This document shows, one piece after another, positions 30,664 through 48,802 of a stretch of DNA of 64,000 nt. The position numbers were made by a program, and so were the translations under genes. The stretch lies in the NCBI RefSeq assembly GCF_009914755.1, contig NC_060936.1; one strand, written 5' to 3'. How positions within the stretch are numbered: the stretch's first letter is position 1; each line of letters opens with the position of its first letter. Source of the stretch: the human T2T-CHM13v2.0 reference genome, Homo sapiens. Under the pieces are notes generated by a model. The model was not told the origin of the DNA and searched no databases. It saw only the letters and a list, made by a program, of their open reading frames with translations.

Positions 30664-31074
30664 GTTATTTCTCCTGGTCTCAGCTCACCTGTGCTATCAC
30701 CTTGGCTGGGCATGGCACATTCTACTACTTTTGCTAACCTTCCACAGACCCTTTAAAGTGTATCAGTTTCATAGAAGGGAACCAGAGCATCAGTGAGAAA
30801 GACACTGTATGATTCCCATGTTTTTTAAGTGGGAGGACTCTTCAAAATTGGCTCAGGCAGAGTGGCATGAATCTTTATTGTCTTCCCTTGGGTGAATGGA
30901 TATAGGCCTTTAGCTTATATGTTTTCATATCTGCTACAGAGATTCTTAACCCTGGCTGCCCATCAGCTGTGAGAGAGTAATTTGGGGCTTTGCCCCAAAT
31001 CTACTGAATAATACTTATTTTTATTTTTTTTTAAATTTTTTCCTAAAACTTTTTATTTTTATTTATGTATTTAC

Positions 31075-35350
<4,276 letters not shown>

Positions 35351-35373
35351 TTGAAGTTACTTAAAAAAAAAAT

Positions 35374-35376
<3 letters not shown>

Positions 35377-35412
<36 letters not shown>
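35377..35412. repeat. (TA)n microsatellite
   Basis: About 17 uninterrupted AT units. Confidence 0.95.
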
Positions 35413-35415
<3 letters not shown>

Positions 35416-35929
35416 CAAATCTGTGTGGTGATATTTGATATTTGGTGTCATGATAGTATCCCGTTCCCTAACAACCTTTCTCAAAATTTTAATGATTGAT
35501 ACACTTGCCTGAATCAATTATTTCATTCTGGGTTGCAAAATGGTGACTTTTCAACTCTCATTCCTTTTATTTCTTTCATTCCTTCTAGATTTATTACATG
35601 GAACTCTTTAAAAAAGAGCTTTCCCTTATCAATTACAGATGAACTATATACAGTTCTTCCTAAAAGGAAAGTTAAATGCTTAATTCTTTCCTTTTAAGAG
35701 TAAGGAGTTTATACAATGGTCACCTCTAACGTGGCAAGTTAGTTTTTTTCCTTTTCTTTTTTGAGTATCCCTGTAGATTACTATCTTCATCCTTTCTCTT
35801 TCCACCCATCCCTTTTTCCTCCTCTCCACTTCTTGATGCATGGCGACTGCTCCCTCTCCGCACTAACATCTGAACTTTCCAGCCAGTCCACTAGGGGCCA
35901 CTGGTTTCCTTTCTGCCCCCACGCTCCCT

Positions 35930-36960
35930 CTCTATCGCAATTCGTCGCTTGCTAGCAGCCGTTGTCTCGCTGGTGCCTACGCTGTCAAAGGAGCCGCTCT
36001 AGGCTTTTGGGAGGCCGTCTGCATTGCGTGGGGAAGGCTTGGACGACGCAATCGCCTCGCCGGCCCCCGGGGTGGTTAGCGCTTCCGGGGTCGAAGGGTG
36101 CGCGGGGTTGAAAGCAGGCCGCTCCGCCCCGTCCCCCTCCCAGACCAGCAGAGGCAGCAGCCGGAGCAGCCGCAGCCTGCGCCCTCTCCCGCCCGCCCGC
36201 CCTCCGCCCGCCCGCCCGCCCTCCGCCGCCCTCCACCCGCCCCGGGGTCTCTTTCCCCCTTCCTCCTCCTCCTCCTCCACCCCCCCTTCCTCCTCCGCCC
36301 GCCCGCGGGGCCCCCCTCGCCTTCCCGCCCGCCCCTATTGTTCCGCCCCCGGCCTCCCGCCCTTCCCCTTCCCGCCCGCTCCCCTTTTCCCCTCAGTCGC
36401 CTCGCGCCTGCAGGTAAGCCTAAAAATTTCCCTTGCGCCCCCGGCTATGGCTACAATTTCCACTTTTGTCTTCTTCTTAGCCGGCTCGGGTCCTAGTCAC
36501 GAGCCGCGGTCTCGCGTAGTCCCGCGTGAGCGCCTACCACCTCACTGTGCCAGGCCGGTCATTCACGCGAGGCCCTGGCTCTGGCGCGGCCTAGTAGGCC
36601 TCGCGCAAGGCCTATTCCCCCCTCCCCCCGCCTTTTCCCGGTGGCGGCTGCGCAGGAGTCAGGGAGGGCGCGCGCGCGGTAGGGGGGGCGGCGGTGGATT
36701 TGTTGGTTGTGGGGGGTTGGGGGAGGCGATGGCCGGCTTGCTGGCCGGGCGGGTGAGCGCGGCTCCCCGCGGGGGTCAGGCGCTGGCGCAGCCACACGGG
36801 GAGGCGCTATTAGTCCGGCCCCTCCCCCTGTATCGCAGCGCCCCCCCCCGACCGAACCGTTTATTTTTTCCCCCCTCTTTCTAGTCGAGGGAAGGGGGGG
36901 CTTTTTTTCTTAAGTGGAAAATGCTTGGATAACCGAGGGGAGAGGGGGCTGCGGAGTTAA
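35930..36960 (+). promoter_or_regulatory. PCBP2: PCBP2 CpG-island promoter and non-coding exon 1 (ends 36413, CAG|GTAAGC)
   Basis: Very high GC/CpG content, multiple CCGCCC boxes, strong donor site. Confidence 0.88.
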
Positions 36961-38837
36961 AGAAAGGGTAGACGGGCTCCCAGTTGCCGAGTTAATCAGG
37001 ACGTTTCTCGGGGTAACGAATTTTTAAATTACAAAATGCCTGCCGATGTAATCCCAGACCGAGCTATTTATGGAAGGGGTATTGGACAGCAGTGTTAGCA
37101 GCTGGATTGCTGGAATGGGGTACCTTTATCTTGACCTAGTCAGGAGGGAAATTCGACAAATTTCTTGGATTACTTGGTTTGGAGTTAGAAATGCATCTTT
37201 GTACTTTACCTCAAGAAATGGCTTCAAATAGGTTTCCTGTTTTGTTTTTTTTTTTTTTGCCTTTTCGAAGTTGCGTTATTGTGATATTTGTAAAGGGCTT
37301 CCTATTACATCTGCAAGAGGGTAAGGAATTAAACTACCAGGTCTTTACCACATCTTATTAAAAAAAGAAAGTCATTCTTACAGACCTAACGCTTCTTCCC
37401 CCACCAAGCACTATTTTTCCATGAGTGAAAAGTGTTGAATTCTGGGATTTTGCCAGCAATTAATTGTATTCTGAAAATGGGGAAATGATGTGCTTTGGGG
37501 ATGCACTTATATAATCACTTACATTCTTGGAGTAGCCAGAGGACAGTTTGCCATATACAGAATGGTGTGACAGACACTTAAGCACCTAAGATATTTAGGG
37601 TATGGGCTTTGTGTTAGAGGAAAGTTAACACAGTGGCTGGTTTTGTGAAGGAGGAAATCTAGCTGTGGGAGGAGAGAGATGACATGTTGAGTTTTAAAAG
37701 GATGGATACTTAAAATGTCATTGGGAACATTCTACAACTTGGGAGAGGTCCTTTCTAAAGCTGTTACGATTAGGTGCTAAAGGAGGTATTGAAGGCAAAG
37801 GCATATCCAAAAAAACAAATTTTCTTTCTACACATAACTAGTTACTCTAAAGCAGAAATGTTAGGAACAATGTTAGGAATTGTTTCATAGGTGGGAAAAG
37901 GGCCATCTTGTATAGGAAAGGTGCATTTGCTGCTGTTCTTAAAAACAAAAAATTTTAGCAATGCCAGTTTTATTTTGATTGTTTTCTTTGGAAGGAAATT
38001 TAAGATTTAATAGACTTGAAATAAAAACTGGATGGTAAACACAAAAGCAAGGAAAACATCTCAAATCTGAGTAACAAGTTGGGTTGGAAGGAGGAATAGG
38101 AGAAAAAGACTCAAGTGTACTTAATGTATCGAGTCATTTTCTAAAGGGGAATATGGAACCCCAGCCTGCGTGGAAGGCATCTCAGATAATGCCTTTTCAG
38201 TGAGGGTGTTGATCTAAATCTTTTAGAAATCATTTGGTGTTAGCCATCAACGGTTGAAATTTGTAATGTGGGATACATCTCAATTTCCTTATCTACAAAT
38301 TGCTACTACAAAGAAAATTTACATGTGTTCTCTCTAGTTTTCAACTTAAACTGCTCCCCAGCAGGGAAACAAAAGGTCATTTGCCCTCGCTGTAGTTGGA
38401 GATTTGCACTCATGATTTCCAGGTGTTTCTGAATTCTTTGAAGCTTTTTCTGCTGAAGGACAAGTGGTGCACGTTCAGCAGTTTCCTTAGAACCATTGCC
38501 AATTGAAAGAACCTTGTTCATCCTGAGAGTCAGCGGAAACCCTGTCATTAATGAGAGGAACTGGAAAGTTGCCTTCTATACTGTGTAACAGAACCTGAGC
38601 TGTATATTTTGTCATGCAGTTGTGCTTGGTGTGTATATAAGTCTGACATACTGTCATTTAAGGAAAAGTGTAAAGTAGAAAATATTGATAAGGTGAAAAT
38701 AACTTGGGAAATAATAACCTTGTTGTTTTCCTCCTCTGATTTTGGTCATGTTTGCATTTTAGTTTTTGGCTTTCACCCCCAACCAGTGACCAAAGACTTG
38801 ACCACTCAAAGTCCAGCTCCCCAGAACACTGCTCGAC

Positions 38838-38906
38838 ATGGACACCGGTGTGATTGAAGGTGGATTAAATGTCACTCTCACCATCCGGCTACTTATGCAT
38901 GGAAAG
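38838..38906 (+). CDS. PCBP2: PCBP2 exon 2 coding part (MDTGVIEGGLNVTLTIRLLMHGK); exon begins 38763
   Basis: GACATGG Kozak context; AAG|GTATGC donor. Confidence 0.96.
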
Positions 38907-39383
38907 GTATGCTCTAGCTTGGGAAATGGGGTCATAGTAACTGCTAGGGGAGGGGCCAGGAAGAGCAGACATGCATCTTGGAGCTCATCAGATTAGCACT
39001 GTGGGGCATCTGGCTTTAGCACATTTCCCTAATGGAGTAGAAGTGAGTGTAGTGGGAAAATGGACAGACTTGACTAGGAAGCTCCACTGAGCAGGAAAGG
39101 CATAATTAGAGGCTGGAGCCAAAAACTCTCCATACCTGGATGGTAAGGTTTTTCTCATGGTGATTGCTTATAGCAAGTCCACTCCCCCCAATAAATCTTC
39201 AAATCTTTCCAATCTTTTGGGGTAATAATTAGCATAGATAGCAGTCTGTTGGCTAGACAGTTAAAATTCCTTTTCATAATGAATACTTCATTAGAACATG
39301 TAGAAAAAGGAAAAATAAAATATATTTTTAAAAAGGAATACTTCTGAGTTTCCTCTTACTGACGTTAGTTTTCTCCATTGCAG

Positions 39384-39407
39384 GAAGTTGGCAGTATCAT
39401 CGGAAAG
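39384..39407 (+). CDS. PCBP2: PCBP2 exon 3 (24-nt microexon EVGSIIGK)
   Basis: TGCAG acceptor, AAG|GTAAGA donor; KH1. Confidence 0.95.
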
Positions 39408-39497
39408 GTAAGACAATTTCACTTCAACTTCAATTACCATTTAGTAATTCTGGATTGAAGTAGCAGTTGGAGCTCATGCTTGACTTTTCCTTTACAG

Positions 39498-39530
39498 AAA
39501 GGAGAATCAGTTAAGAAGATGCGCGAGGAG
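39498..39530 (+). CDS. PCBP2: PCBP2 exon 4 (KGESVKKMREE)
   Basis: TACAG acceptor, GAG|GTAAGT donor. Confidence 0.95.
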
Positions 39531-39921
39531 GTAAGTTATGAAAGACTGAGATTGTTAACTTTGGGAAGTAAAAAACCTTTAAAACAAGTGAAAATTCTTT
39601 TTCAGAAATTAGGAAGGTCTCAATAAGGGAAATATGTATTTTTTTTCGGCTTGGTTATTTGTAGTGATAATCTGGGGAGTGTATTTTTTTTTTCCCCTTT
39701 TTGGGAAGTGTGGTTTTGACAAGTCAGAATTCTTTCAAGACTTAAGGCAGCTGCTGTAGGCTATCTTTGAGGATAGTCATGGAGCAGTAGTGTTTGGAAT
39801 GATGCTGACTTTGCTTTGCATCAGGATCATGTACATTGGCAGTCTTATAAGGGACTGTAGATCCTGTACATACTCAGATCTTCTTTGTTTTAACTTCTTT
39901 TGGATCTTGTTTCCTATCTAG

Positions 39922-40038
39922 AGTGGTGCACGTATCAACATCTCAGAAGGGAATTGTCCTGAGAGAATTATCACTTTGGCTGGACCCACTAATGCCATCT
40001 TCAAAGCCTTTGCTATGATCATTGACAAACTGGAAGAG
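39922..40038 (+). CDS. PCBP2: PCBP2 exon 5 (SGARINISEG...IDKLEE)
   Basis: End of KH1; AG/GT boundaries. Confidence 0.96.
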
Positions 40039-40104
40039 GTTTGTTGTCTCCCACTCCCTCATTCTTCATTTTTAAGTGCTTCCAGAGAGCTTGTTGATTT
40101 TCTA

Positions 40105-40509
<405 letters not shown>

Positions 40510-42322
40510 TCACTTGAATCATCAAAACAGTTTGAGTTTTGCCATGGACTTAATATAAATAATTTGCGTGAAAAGCATCTGTTGAAAGTATGCCATTGCT
40601 TTGGTAAAAGGCTTGAGTATATACCAAACTAATATGGTTTACCTGACGTTATAAACACAAATAATCTTCCAATCCTGATGATTTTAGGTTAAAAAGTCAA
40701 TCTGCTAACATTGTGTCAAAATTACATTTGTTGGGGAGAGACCTAGGTTATCAGAAGGAAAATACACCGGAGGTTTTATCAAGAGTAAGTTTTTCCCCCA
40801 CCAACCTTCAGAGGCTGAACTGTTGTCCTGGGTCTTGTATTCAGTCCCTCCCTCTCTCCCTTCTGCATTAATGCATCAGTTGGGCAATTGATATCACAGG
40901 CAGAGGAGTGCTGCTTCCTTGGTGGTTGGTACTTAATGGTGCATGAAATCTTATCTTTGCCAAGATTAGAATGTTACCTTTTGACCCCCGGGATTCTGGA
41001 AGTCCAGAACTCATGGCTTAGAAAACACGTTTTATTCTTTTAACTAGAATGAACTTGAACTAGTTCTTTTTTATACATCATAGTATTTAACTTTTTTTTT
41101 TCTTTTGAGGCAGGGTTGTGCTCTGTCACCCAGGCTAGAGTGCAGTGATATACCTGTAGCTCTCTGCATCCTCCCAGGCTCAAGTGATCCTTCTGCCTTA
41201 GCTTCCTGAGTAGCTGGGGCTACAGGTGCATGCCACCCTGCCTGGATAATTTTTTAAAAACGTTTTCTTGTAGAGATGGGAGCTTGTTATGTTTCCCAGG
41301 CTGGTCTCAAACTCCTGACCTCAAGTGGTCCTCCTGTTTCGCCTCCCAAAGTGTTGGGATTACAGGCGTGAGCCACCATGCCCAGCCTGGAATTTATTTT
41401 TTTATTTTTTTATTTTTTGAGACAGGGTCTTGCTCTGTTACCGAGGCTGAAGTACAGTTGTGTTACCATGGCTCACTGCAGCCTCATCTTCCCACCTAAG
41501 CCTACCCAGTAGGTGGGACCACAGGCTTGAACCACCATGTCTGGCTAGTTTTCATGGGTTTTGTAGAGACTGAGTCTTCCTGTGTTGCCTAGGCTCGTCT
41601 TGAACTCTTGGGCTCAAGCAATCCTCCTGTCTCAGCCTCCCAAAGTGCTGGGATTACAGGCAGAAGCCACCATGCGTGGCCTTTATTTTATTAAATTTTA
41701 TTTTTTTGAAAGAAAGCTAGAGTACAAACTGTTTATTCCTTAACCAAGGAATAAACATGTCCTTGTCTTTAGGGGTCTTAAGTGCTTAAGCAGTTTCCAG
41801 GTCTCTAGTTATCAGCCTAGAGATTAGGCTAATAAGTGATATTTAAACCGCTTAATCTTCAGAAGGCTAAATTTAACTAGATTAAAACCATGATTTTGGA
41901 TGCAGCACGTGTTTATGGGAAAGACTATAGGCTTTGAATCAATACAGTCAAATCTATAGGTTTGTTTTTTTTGTTTGTTTTGAGACGGAGTTTCCTCCTT
42001 GTCGCCCAGGCTGGAGTGCAGTGGTGGGTTCCCGGCTCACCGTAACCTCTGACTCCCGGGTTCAAGCGATTCTCCTGCCTCGGCCTCCCCAGTAGCTGGG
42101 ATTATAGGCGCCTACCACCATGCCTGGCTAATTTTTGTATTTTTAGTAGAGACGGGGCTTCACCATGTTGGCCAGGCTGGTCTCGGACTCCTGACCTCAG
42201 TGATCCACCTGCTTTGGCCTCCCAAAGTGCTGGGAATACAGGCCTGAGCCACCGTGCCCCGCCTGTTTTTAGTTTTCTAACAGGGTAGAATTGATGTAAA
42301 TAGGGTTGCATTGTTTTATATC

Positions 42323-42353
<31 letters not shown>

Positions 42354-43301
42354 GAGATGGAGTCTCATTCTGTTCCCTAGGCTGGAGTGCAGTGGTGCAA
42401 TCTCAGCTCACAGCAACCTCTTCCTCCCGGATTCAAGCGATTCTCCTGCCTCAGTCTCCCGAGAGTAGCCTGGACTACAGGCGCATGCCACCACACCCAG
42501 CTAGTTTTTGTGTTTTTGTAGAGATGGGGTTTCACCATGTTGGCCAGGCTGGTCTTGAACTGCTGACCTCAGGTGATCCACCTGCCTCGGCCTCCCAAAG
42601 TACTGGGATTACAGGCATGAGCCGCCGTGCCCGGTCTGTTTTATATTTTTTCTTAATATTCGATTTGACTTAATTTTTTTTTTTTTTTTGAGATAGTCTC
42701 ACTCTGTTGCCTAGGCTGGAGTGCAGTGGCACGATCTTGGCTCACTGCAACTTTGCCTCCTGGGTTCAAGCGATTCTCCCGCATCAGCATCCTGAGTAGC
42801 TGGGATTACAGGTGCCAGCCACCATGCTTAGCTAATTTTTGTATTTTTAGTGGAGACGGGGTCTCACTATGTTGGCCAGGCTGGTCTTGAACTCCCTGAC
42901 CTGAAATGATTCACCTGCTTCAGCTTCCCAAAGTGCTGGGATTACAAGCTTGAGCTACCGTGCCTGGCAGTATTTGATTTAATTTTGACATCATCTTTTT
43001 TCCCCATTGCCTGGCCAAGTGTAACTGCAAAACAGATTATTACTTTTATCCTTAGCAAGTACATTCCTTCAGGGTGAAGGAAAATATATTTATGGCTAAT
43101 TTTGAGGAATTTTTCATGAGCTTTTATCTTTACATCAAAAATAGTTTGAGAGGGGCATGGTATTTGAACCTTTTGTCTATGGTGGATTATGACCTCGCAT
43201 GTCCTAATAAGATCACTTACCCTAATAAGGGTAAGTGGTTCTTTAATGGCAGTTACTAGTTTCCAGGGATCTGCTTATTGTGGTGTTCTTTCTTTCTGTA
43301 G

Positions 43302-43499
<198 letters not shown>

Positions 43500-44966
43500 T
43501 AGGAAAAGTTAGCAATGAGATGAAGATTTTTATTGAAGTAACAGTTCTAGAGGATTACAATGTGATTGTACTGAAAATAAAACTCATGCAATAGAATTAT
43601 TTTGCATAATTCATAAATTTTAATAAATCAGAACATGAGAATGTTAATCAGAATTTTCAACTATTACATATGACAAGTTTCTATTTTTTTTTGGCAACTT
43701 TTCCATGAGGCTACATAGTTCTTTTTCATGTCTCAAGGGATGAGTTTGCTATAGTAGCAACGGTTTTTCTATTTTTTAATTTTTAACTTTTTTTCTTTTT
43801 TTTGACACGGTCTCACTCTGTCTCCCCAGGCTGGAGTGCAGTGGCGCAGTCATGGCTCACTGCAGCAAAACATCGACCTTCCCAGCCTCAGGCGATCCTC
43901 TCATCTCAGCCTCCCAAGGAGCCGGGACTGCAGGCTCCCACCACCACACCCAAATTTTTGTATTTTTTTGTAAAAATGGTGTTTTGCCATGTGGCCCAGG
44001 CTGGTTTCGAACTCCTGAGCTCAAGCAATCCACCCACCTCAGGCTCCCAGTGTTATTACTACAGGCTTGAGCCAGCACACTTGCTTGCCTGCAGCGTCAT
44101 TTTTCTTGACCAGACTTATAAACAACAAGGAGAAAAATAGGAAGATGTATTGGGAAATAGATGTAATTCTACATCTTTTTTTTTTTTTTTGAGACAGGGT
44201 CTCACTCAGGCTGAAGTGCAGGGCATAATCGTGATCATGGCTTACTGCAACCTCGACTTCTGGGCTCATGTAACCCTCCTACCTCAAGCCTCCTGAGTAC
44301 CTGGTACCATAGGCGCGCTCCACAATGCCCGGCTAATTTTTCTTCTTTCTGTTGTTGTAGAGACGAGTCTCACTGTTTTGCTCAGGCTGGTCTCCAACTC
44401 CTGAGCTTCCGATGATTCGACTGCCTTGGTCTCCCAAAGTGCTCGGATTACAGATGTGAGCCACTGTGCCTGGCCCCTACTTCCTGTTTAACTATGGAAG
44501 TTACGTTGAATTATGGAAGATTTTAATTGTATCTAGATGTTACTGAATTTGGTGTTGGAATGAAACTCGAATGGCTGCTTGAGTTTTTGGGAGCGTATCG
44601 TACATGGCACGACAGAGATCTTAATTTTGTTAATTGCTATATTCGAAGCACTTCTCATGGTACCTGGCACATAGAATGGCCTTGATGTAAATATTTTTTC
44701 AGTAACATAATGAAAGGTGGGTGATACTTGTGGGGCTTTTGCTTCGCCCAGAGAACTATCATTAGTTGAAAGGCAACTATTTAGAAGGACCTTTTGCTTG
44801 AGAGTAGGTTAAATTTAGGCTGTTATTCACGCTTATTCTTGTCTTTCAGTGGCTAATTTATTTTTAACTCTAATTCACTAAACAGTCCTATCTGGAATAA
44901 GGGAAGAGTGGGACAAAGAACAAAAAGGGAAGATTGGAAATGGATAAATATCTACTAGAGTTTTAG

Positions 44967-45242
<276 letters not shown>

Positions 45243-46510
45243 TAGTAAGACTAGAATTAAGTGAGGCTGTTAAGGCTTCCAGTGGGGGTGGGGCTAAAAG
45301 GTTCCCTGAGTTCATATTTTCCTTCCCCTAGCTTTGACTTTTCTTATGGTCTGTGAGCAAAAATAGAAACTGCTAAGCAGCAGTGATCTTTTGGTTCACA
45401 GCAGTTGTAGCAGAGTCGGGGAGAAGATGCACTGCATGGACTAAGGAGGCCAGAGATTTATTTGAGTTCCTGAGTAGCTGAGTTAAATTACTTTTTGAAT
45501 TACTGTATTTTGGTTACATGGAAATTTGACATGTTCTTTAACAACTTGTCACTTTGTAGGAGGGTATTCAAAGTGTTACATAGAGTAGAAAAATGTATGT
45601 ATGATGATGTTTCCGAATGACTTACAAGGTCCTGATTATACACTATTATTCTATTAAAAGAATAGCAAAATTCAGGAAAATTAAGCCTTTTCAGATTTGT
45701 GATATGGAGTTGGTTTCATTGGTGAGAAATGAAACGAATTTTTTCGTGTGTGTGTGTGTGTGACGGGTTCACTTTGTCACCCAGACTGGAGTGCAGTGGT
45801 GCAGTATCGGCTCACTGCAACCTCTGCCTATCAGGCTTAAGCGATCCTCTCACCTGTCTCCCCAGTAGCTTGGTCTACAGGCATGCGCCACCACACCTGG
45901 CTAATTTTTTTTATTTTTTGTAGAGACGGGATTTTGCCATGTTGCCCAGGCTGGTCTTGAACTCCTGAGCTCAAGCCATCCACCCGCCTCAGCCTTCCAG
46001 AGTACTGGTATTACCAGCATGAGCCGATGCACCCAACCTGGAAACTGGAATTTTCAAGTAGAGATTAGAAAAACCTTGATTGAGCCTTTGAACTATTTAT
46101 AGATAGTGTCTGTATTATTCTAGACATAACACTTGAGTACTTTATTTGCAGTTTTGACCTTATTTCCTATTCAGGCCAAAAAAATGTGAGATACTAAAAA
46201 TTATCAACAAAAATATACGTTTAACAGTTTTTCATGTCCATTAAATTTATCTAAAATTTTGGAAATAGTGCTGAAGATTATTACATGGACATCTCCCTTG
46301 ATGAGAATCAGTTTGAATTGTGTAGTCCTTGGACTTACTGCATTAAAGGCAAATAACTTTCAGTAGATAAATTGAGATTAGATCTAGCCAGAGACAATTT
46401 GGTAGGTAAGGGGATGGAAATAGTTTTTAATTTAACTGACCTGTGTGAGCTAAAGCCACACAGCTGAAGCAGCTTTGAAACCTTATCTCTTTTTGTTTTT
46501 TTCCCCTCTG

Positions 46511-46597
46511 ACTCTCTCCCAGTCCCCCCCGAAGGGCGTGACCATCCCGTACCGGCCCAAGCCGTCCAGCTCTCCGGTCATCTTTGCAGGTGGTCAG
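46511..46597 (+). CDS. PCBP2: PCBP2 exon 8 (starts 46523 after AG, or 46511 after TG adding TLSQ)
   Basis: (TLSQ)SPPKGVTIPYRPKPSSSPVIFAGGQ; CAG|GTAAGA donor. Confidence 0.93.
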
Positions 46598-47398
46598 GTA
46601 AGAAAATTCTCATTTGTGGGCTAGAATGAACAGAGATTATATTTGAAATGTCAACTTTGCCAGCATCACACCAAGCCACTCTGCATGCTTGCTGAAACCT
46701 ATACTCTGGCCATAGTTTGACCGGCTTTTAGTTTTATTTTTGTACTGGAGAAAGCTGAATGCCTTAATTTTTAGCAGGCAATGGAAGTTTTGTAGGCACT
46801 CGGAAGAGGTAACTTACTTGTGGGTTGGGTTAGAATATAAGAGTTGAATTGACTTACTGTCTCTACTTCTCTCCCTGTCCCCACCCCATCCATGTTTTAT
46901 GTGTGTGGGGTGATATTTAGAGGTCTAAATAAAAGGTAGCAAAGAGTTGGACCTCTGAAGGAGATTCTGGATGGTGGTCTCAAAATTTGGGGGTCCTGAA
47001 TTTGAGTGTCCTACAAACTTCCCCTTCCCTCCACCTCACCTCCCCTACTCCTACCCCTTCACTCCCAAACTCCAGTGTGTTGTCCCCTAGGCTCTTAACC
47101 TCATAAACACTGGTTTGAACCCACATGGCATAACTGAAATCAGCTGGGGTAAGAGTTCAGTGTGCAAGAATAGAAGGGGGGTGAGCATGTTGGGCTGTGG
47201 TGCCGTGACCTTTGGTGTTAGAGTAAGAACACCAAAGCACCACCGTGGCCTCTCTGCTCCTTCCTCATCAACCTAAACTCTTGATCTTTGGCACGTGGAC
47301 TATTCTGAAGTTAGATTATTATGACAGAAGCATTGAAGGACCATGGTAGTCCTATGCTCTGATTGTATTTGAGGAGTAGGTAGATCAGGTTTTAAAAT

Positions 47399-47735
47399 AC
47401 AGTTGGCCCTTTGTGGGTTCCACCTTCAACCTACCTCAGATCAAAAGTATTCAGGGAAAAAAATGGGTGGTTGTATCTGTACTGAACATGTACAGGCTTT
47501 GTTTTGTCATTAAACAATAGAGTATAACAAGTATTTACATAGTATTTACATTGTATTAGGTATTATAAGTAACCTAGAGATGATTAAAATATGTGGGAGG
47601 ATATGCTTAGGTTATATGCAAGTACTATACCATTTTATGTAAAAGACTTGAATATCCATGGATATTTGTTTCTATGGGGGGAATCCTAGGACTAATCTCC
47701 CACCAATAACGTAGGGACACCTAGGGACAACTGCA
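47399..47735. mobile_element. MER2-like TcMar/Tigger DNA transposon fossil
   Basis: CTGTACTGAACATGTACAG...TATTTACATTGTATTAGGTATTATAAGTAACCTAGAGATG, with CAGTTG.../...CAACTG termini. Confidence 0.7.
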
Positions 47736-48719
47736 TTGGGATTCAGGTTGAAATAGTGACTGATTTTGGTAGCTGCCTAAGCAAGTGCGTTGCTCAAAAC
47801 ACCTTTTCCCACTTGGGGCTGGTCTGTTACAAGCATATTTAGTTAACTAGTTCCATCTTACCTGCGTTTGATCTGGGAGCCATTTAGAGGGCAAGCATAA
47901 ACTTGGGAGTCCATCTCTTTCACATTGTGTTGAATTGGCATAAAAATGAACAAGTTTTTAGAGGTTTAGTTTGTCGTGTAGTTATGAGAGGTTTCACAGG
48001 AAGGTCGGTTATGTCACAGTGTTAACCTTGAGTCAGTTTAGTACCTTGCTTTTAGAAAAGTACAAACTGGTTTGTTCAAAGGGCTCTCAGTCTAGTTAGT
48101 CAGAGTTGGGCAGGATAAGCAAAGGCCCAGAGTCAGTGTCGCCAGAAGGATTTAGCCTTAGGAGTTTTTCTTTCCCAGGAACTCCAGGTTCCTGCTCTTC
48201 TGGATTCTCCCACTCCCCCTTTGGAATAGAGTCCCATACTGGGTGGCAGCAATCCTCTGTACTTAAAATTCTTCCTTCACTTCCTTTTTTTTCCACTCCC
48301 CATCACACCTCCCCCTTCATACCTCTTTGCTTCCCTACCCACCCTCCCTCCCTCCCTCCCCTTTATTTAGTTGATGACCACCGTCTAAAAATTTGCAGCT
48401 TCTTCTATGAGTGGCCCTGTCATGGATTGTTCCCACAGGCCTTTTTAAATATACAATGTCCACAGATGGACCTGTGTCTTTTGTTCCTTTGTGGCAAAGT
48501 GGGCTCTGTAGGGGTTCAACTTAATCCCACACTGACCAGGAGCTGGCATCAGCTCTGTTGCCCCACCCCTTCATTCTTATTGAAAATAGCCCAATTGTGC
48601 AGTGTGAAATCTGCCACTAGGTAACTTTTTTTTTTAATTCACTGATTACAGCTCGTTTCAAATTGTGTCTGAGCTCCTTTTTAAAGGAAAAAGGAAAAAA
48701 ATAAACAACTTTTTTTGTG

Positions 48720-48771
48720 TGAATTTCATGCTGGTGACAAGGTGCCGGATTGACAGCCCTGGAGACTGAAA

Positions 48772-48802
<31 letters not shown>

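Noticed and set aside
36024-36884. 286-aa Pro/Arg/Gly-rich ORF over the PCBP2 promoter
   Set aside because: Starts at TTG rather than ATG, runs through the exon 1 donor, and is explained by stop-codon depletion in a CpG island.
48106-48624. 172-aa intronic ORF upstream of uc.338
   Set aside because: Non-ATG start, low-complexity pyrimidine-rich sequence, no recognisable homology or supporting splice structure.
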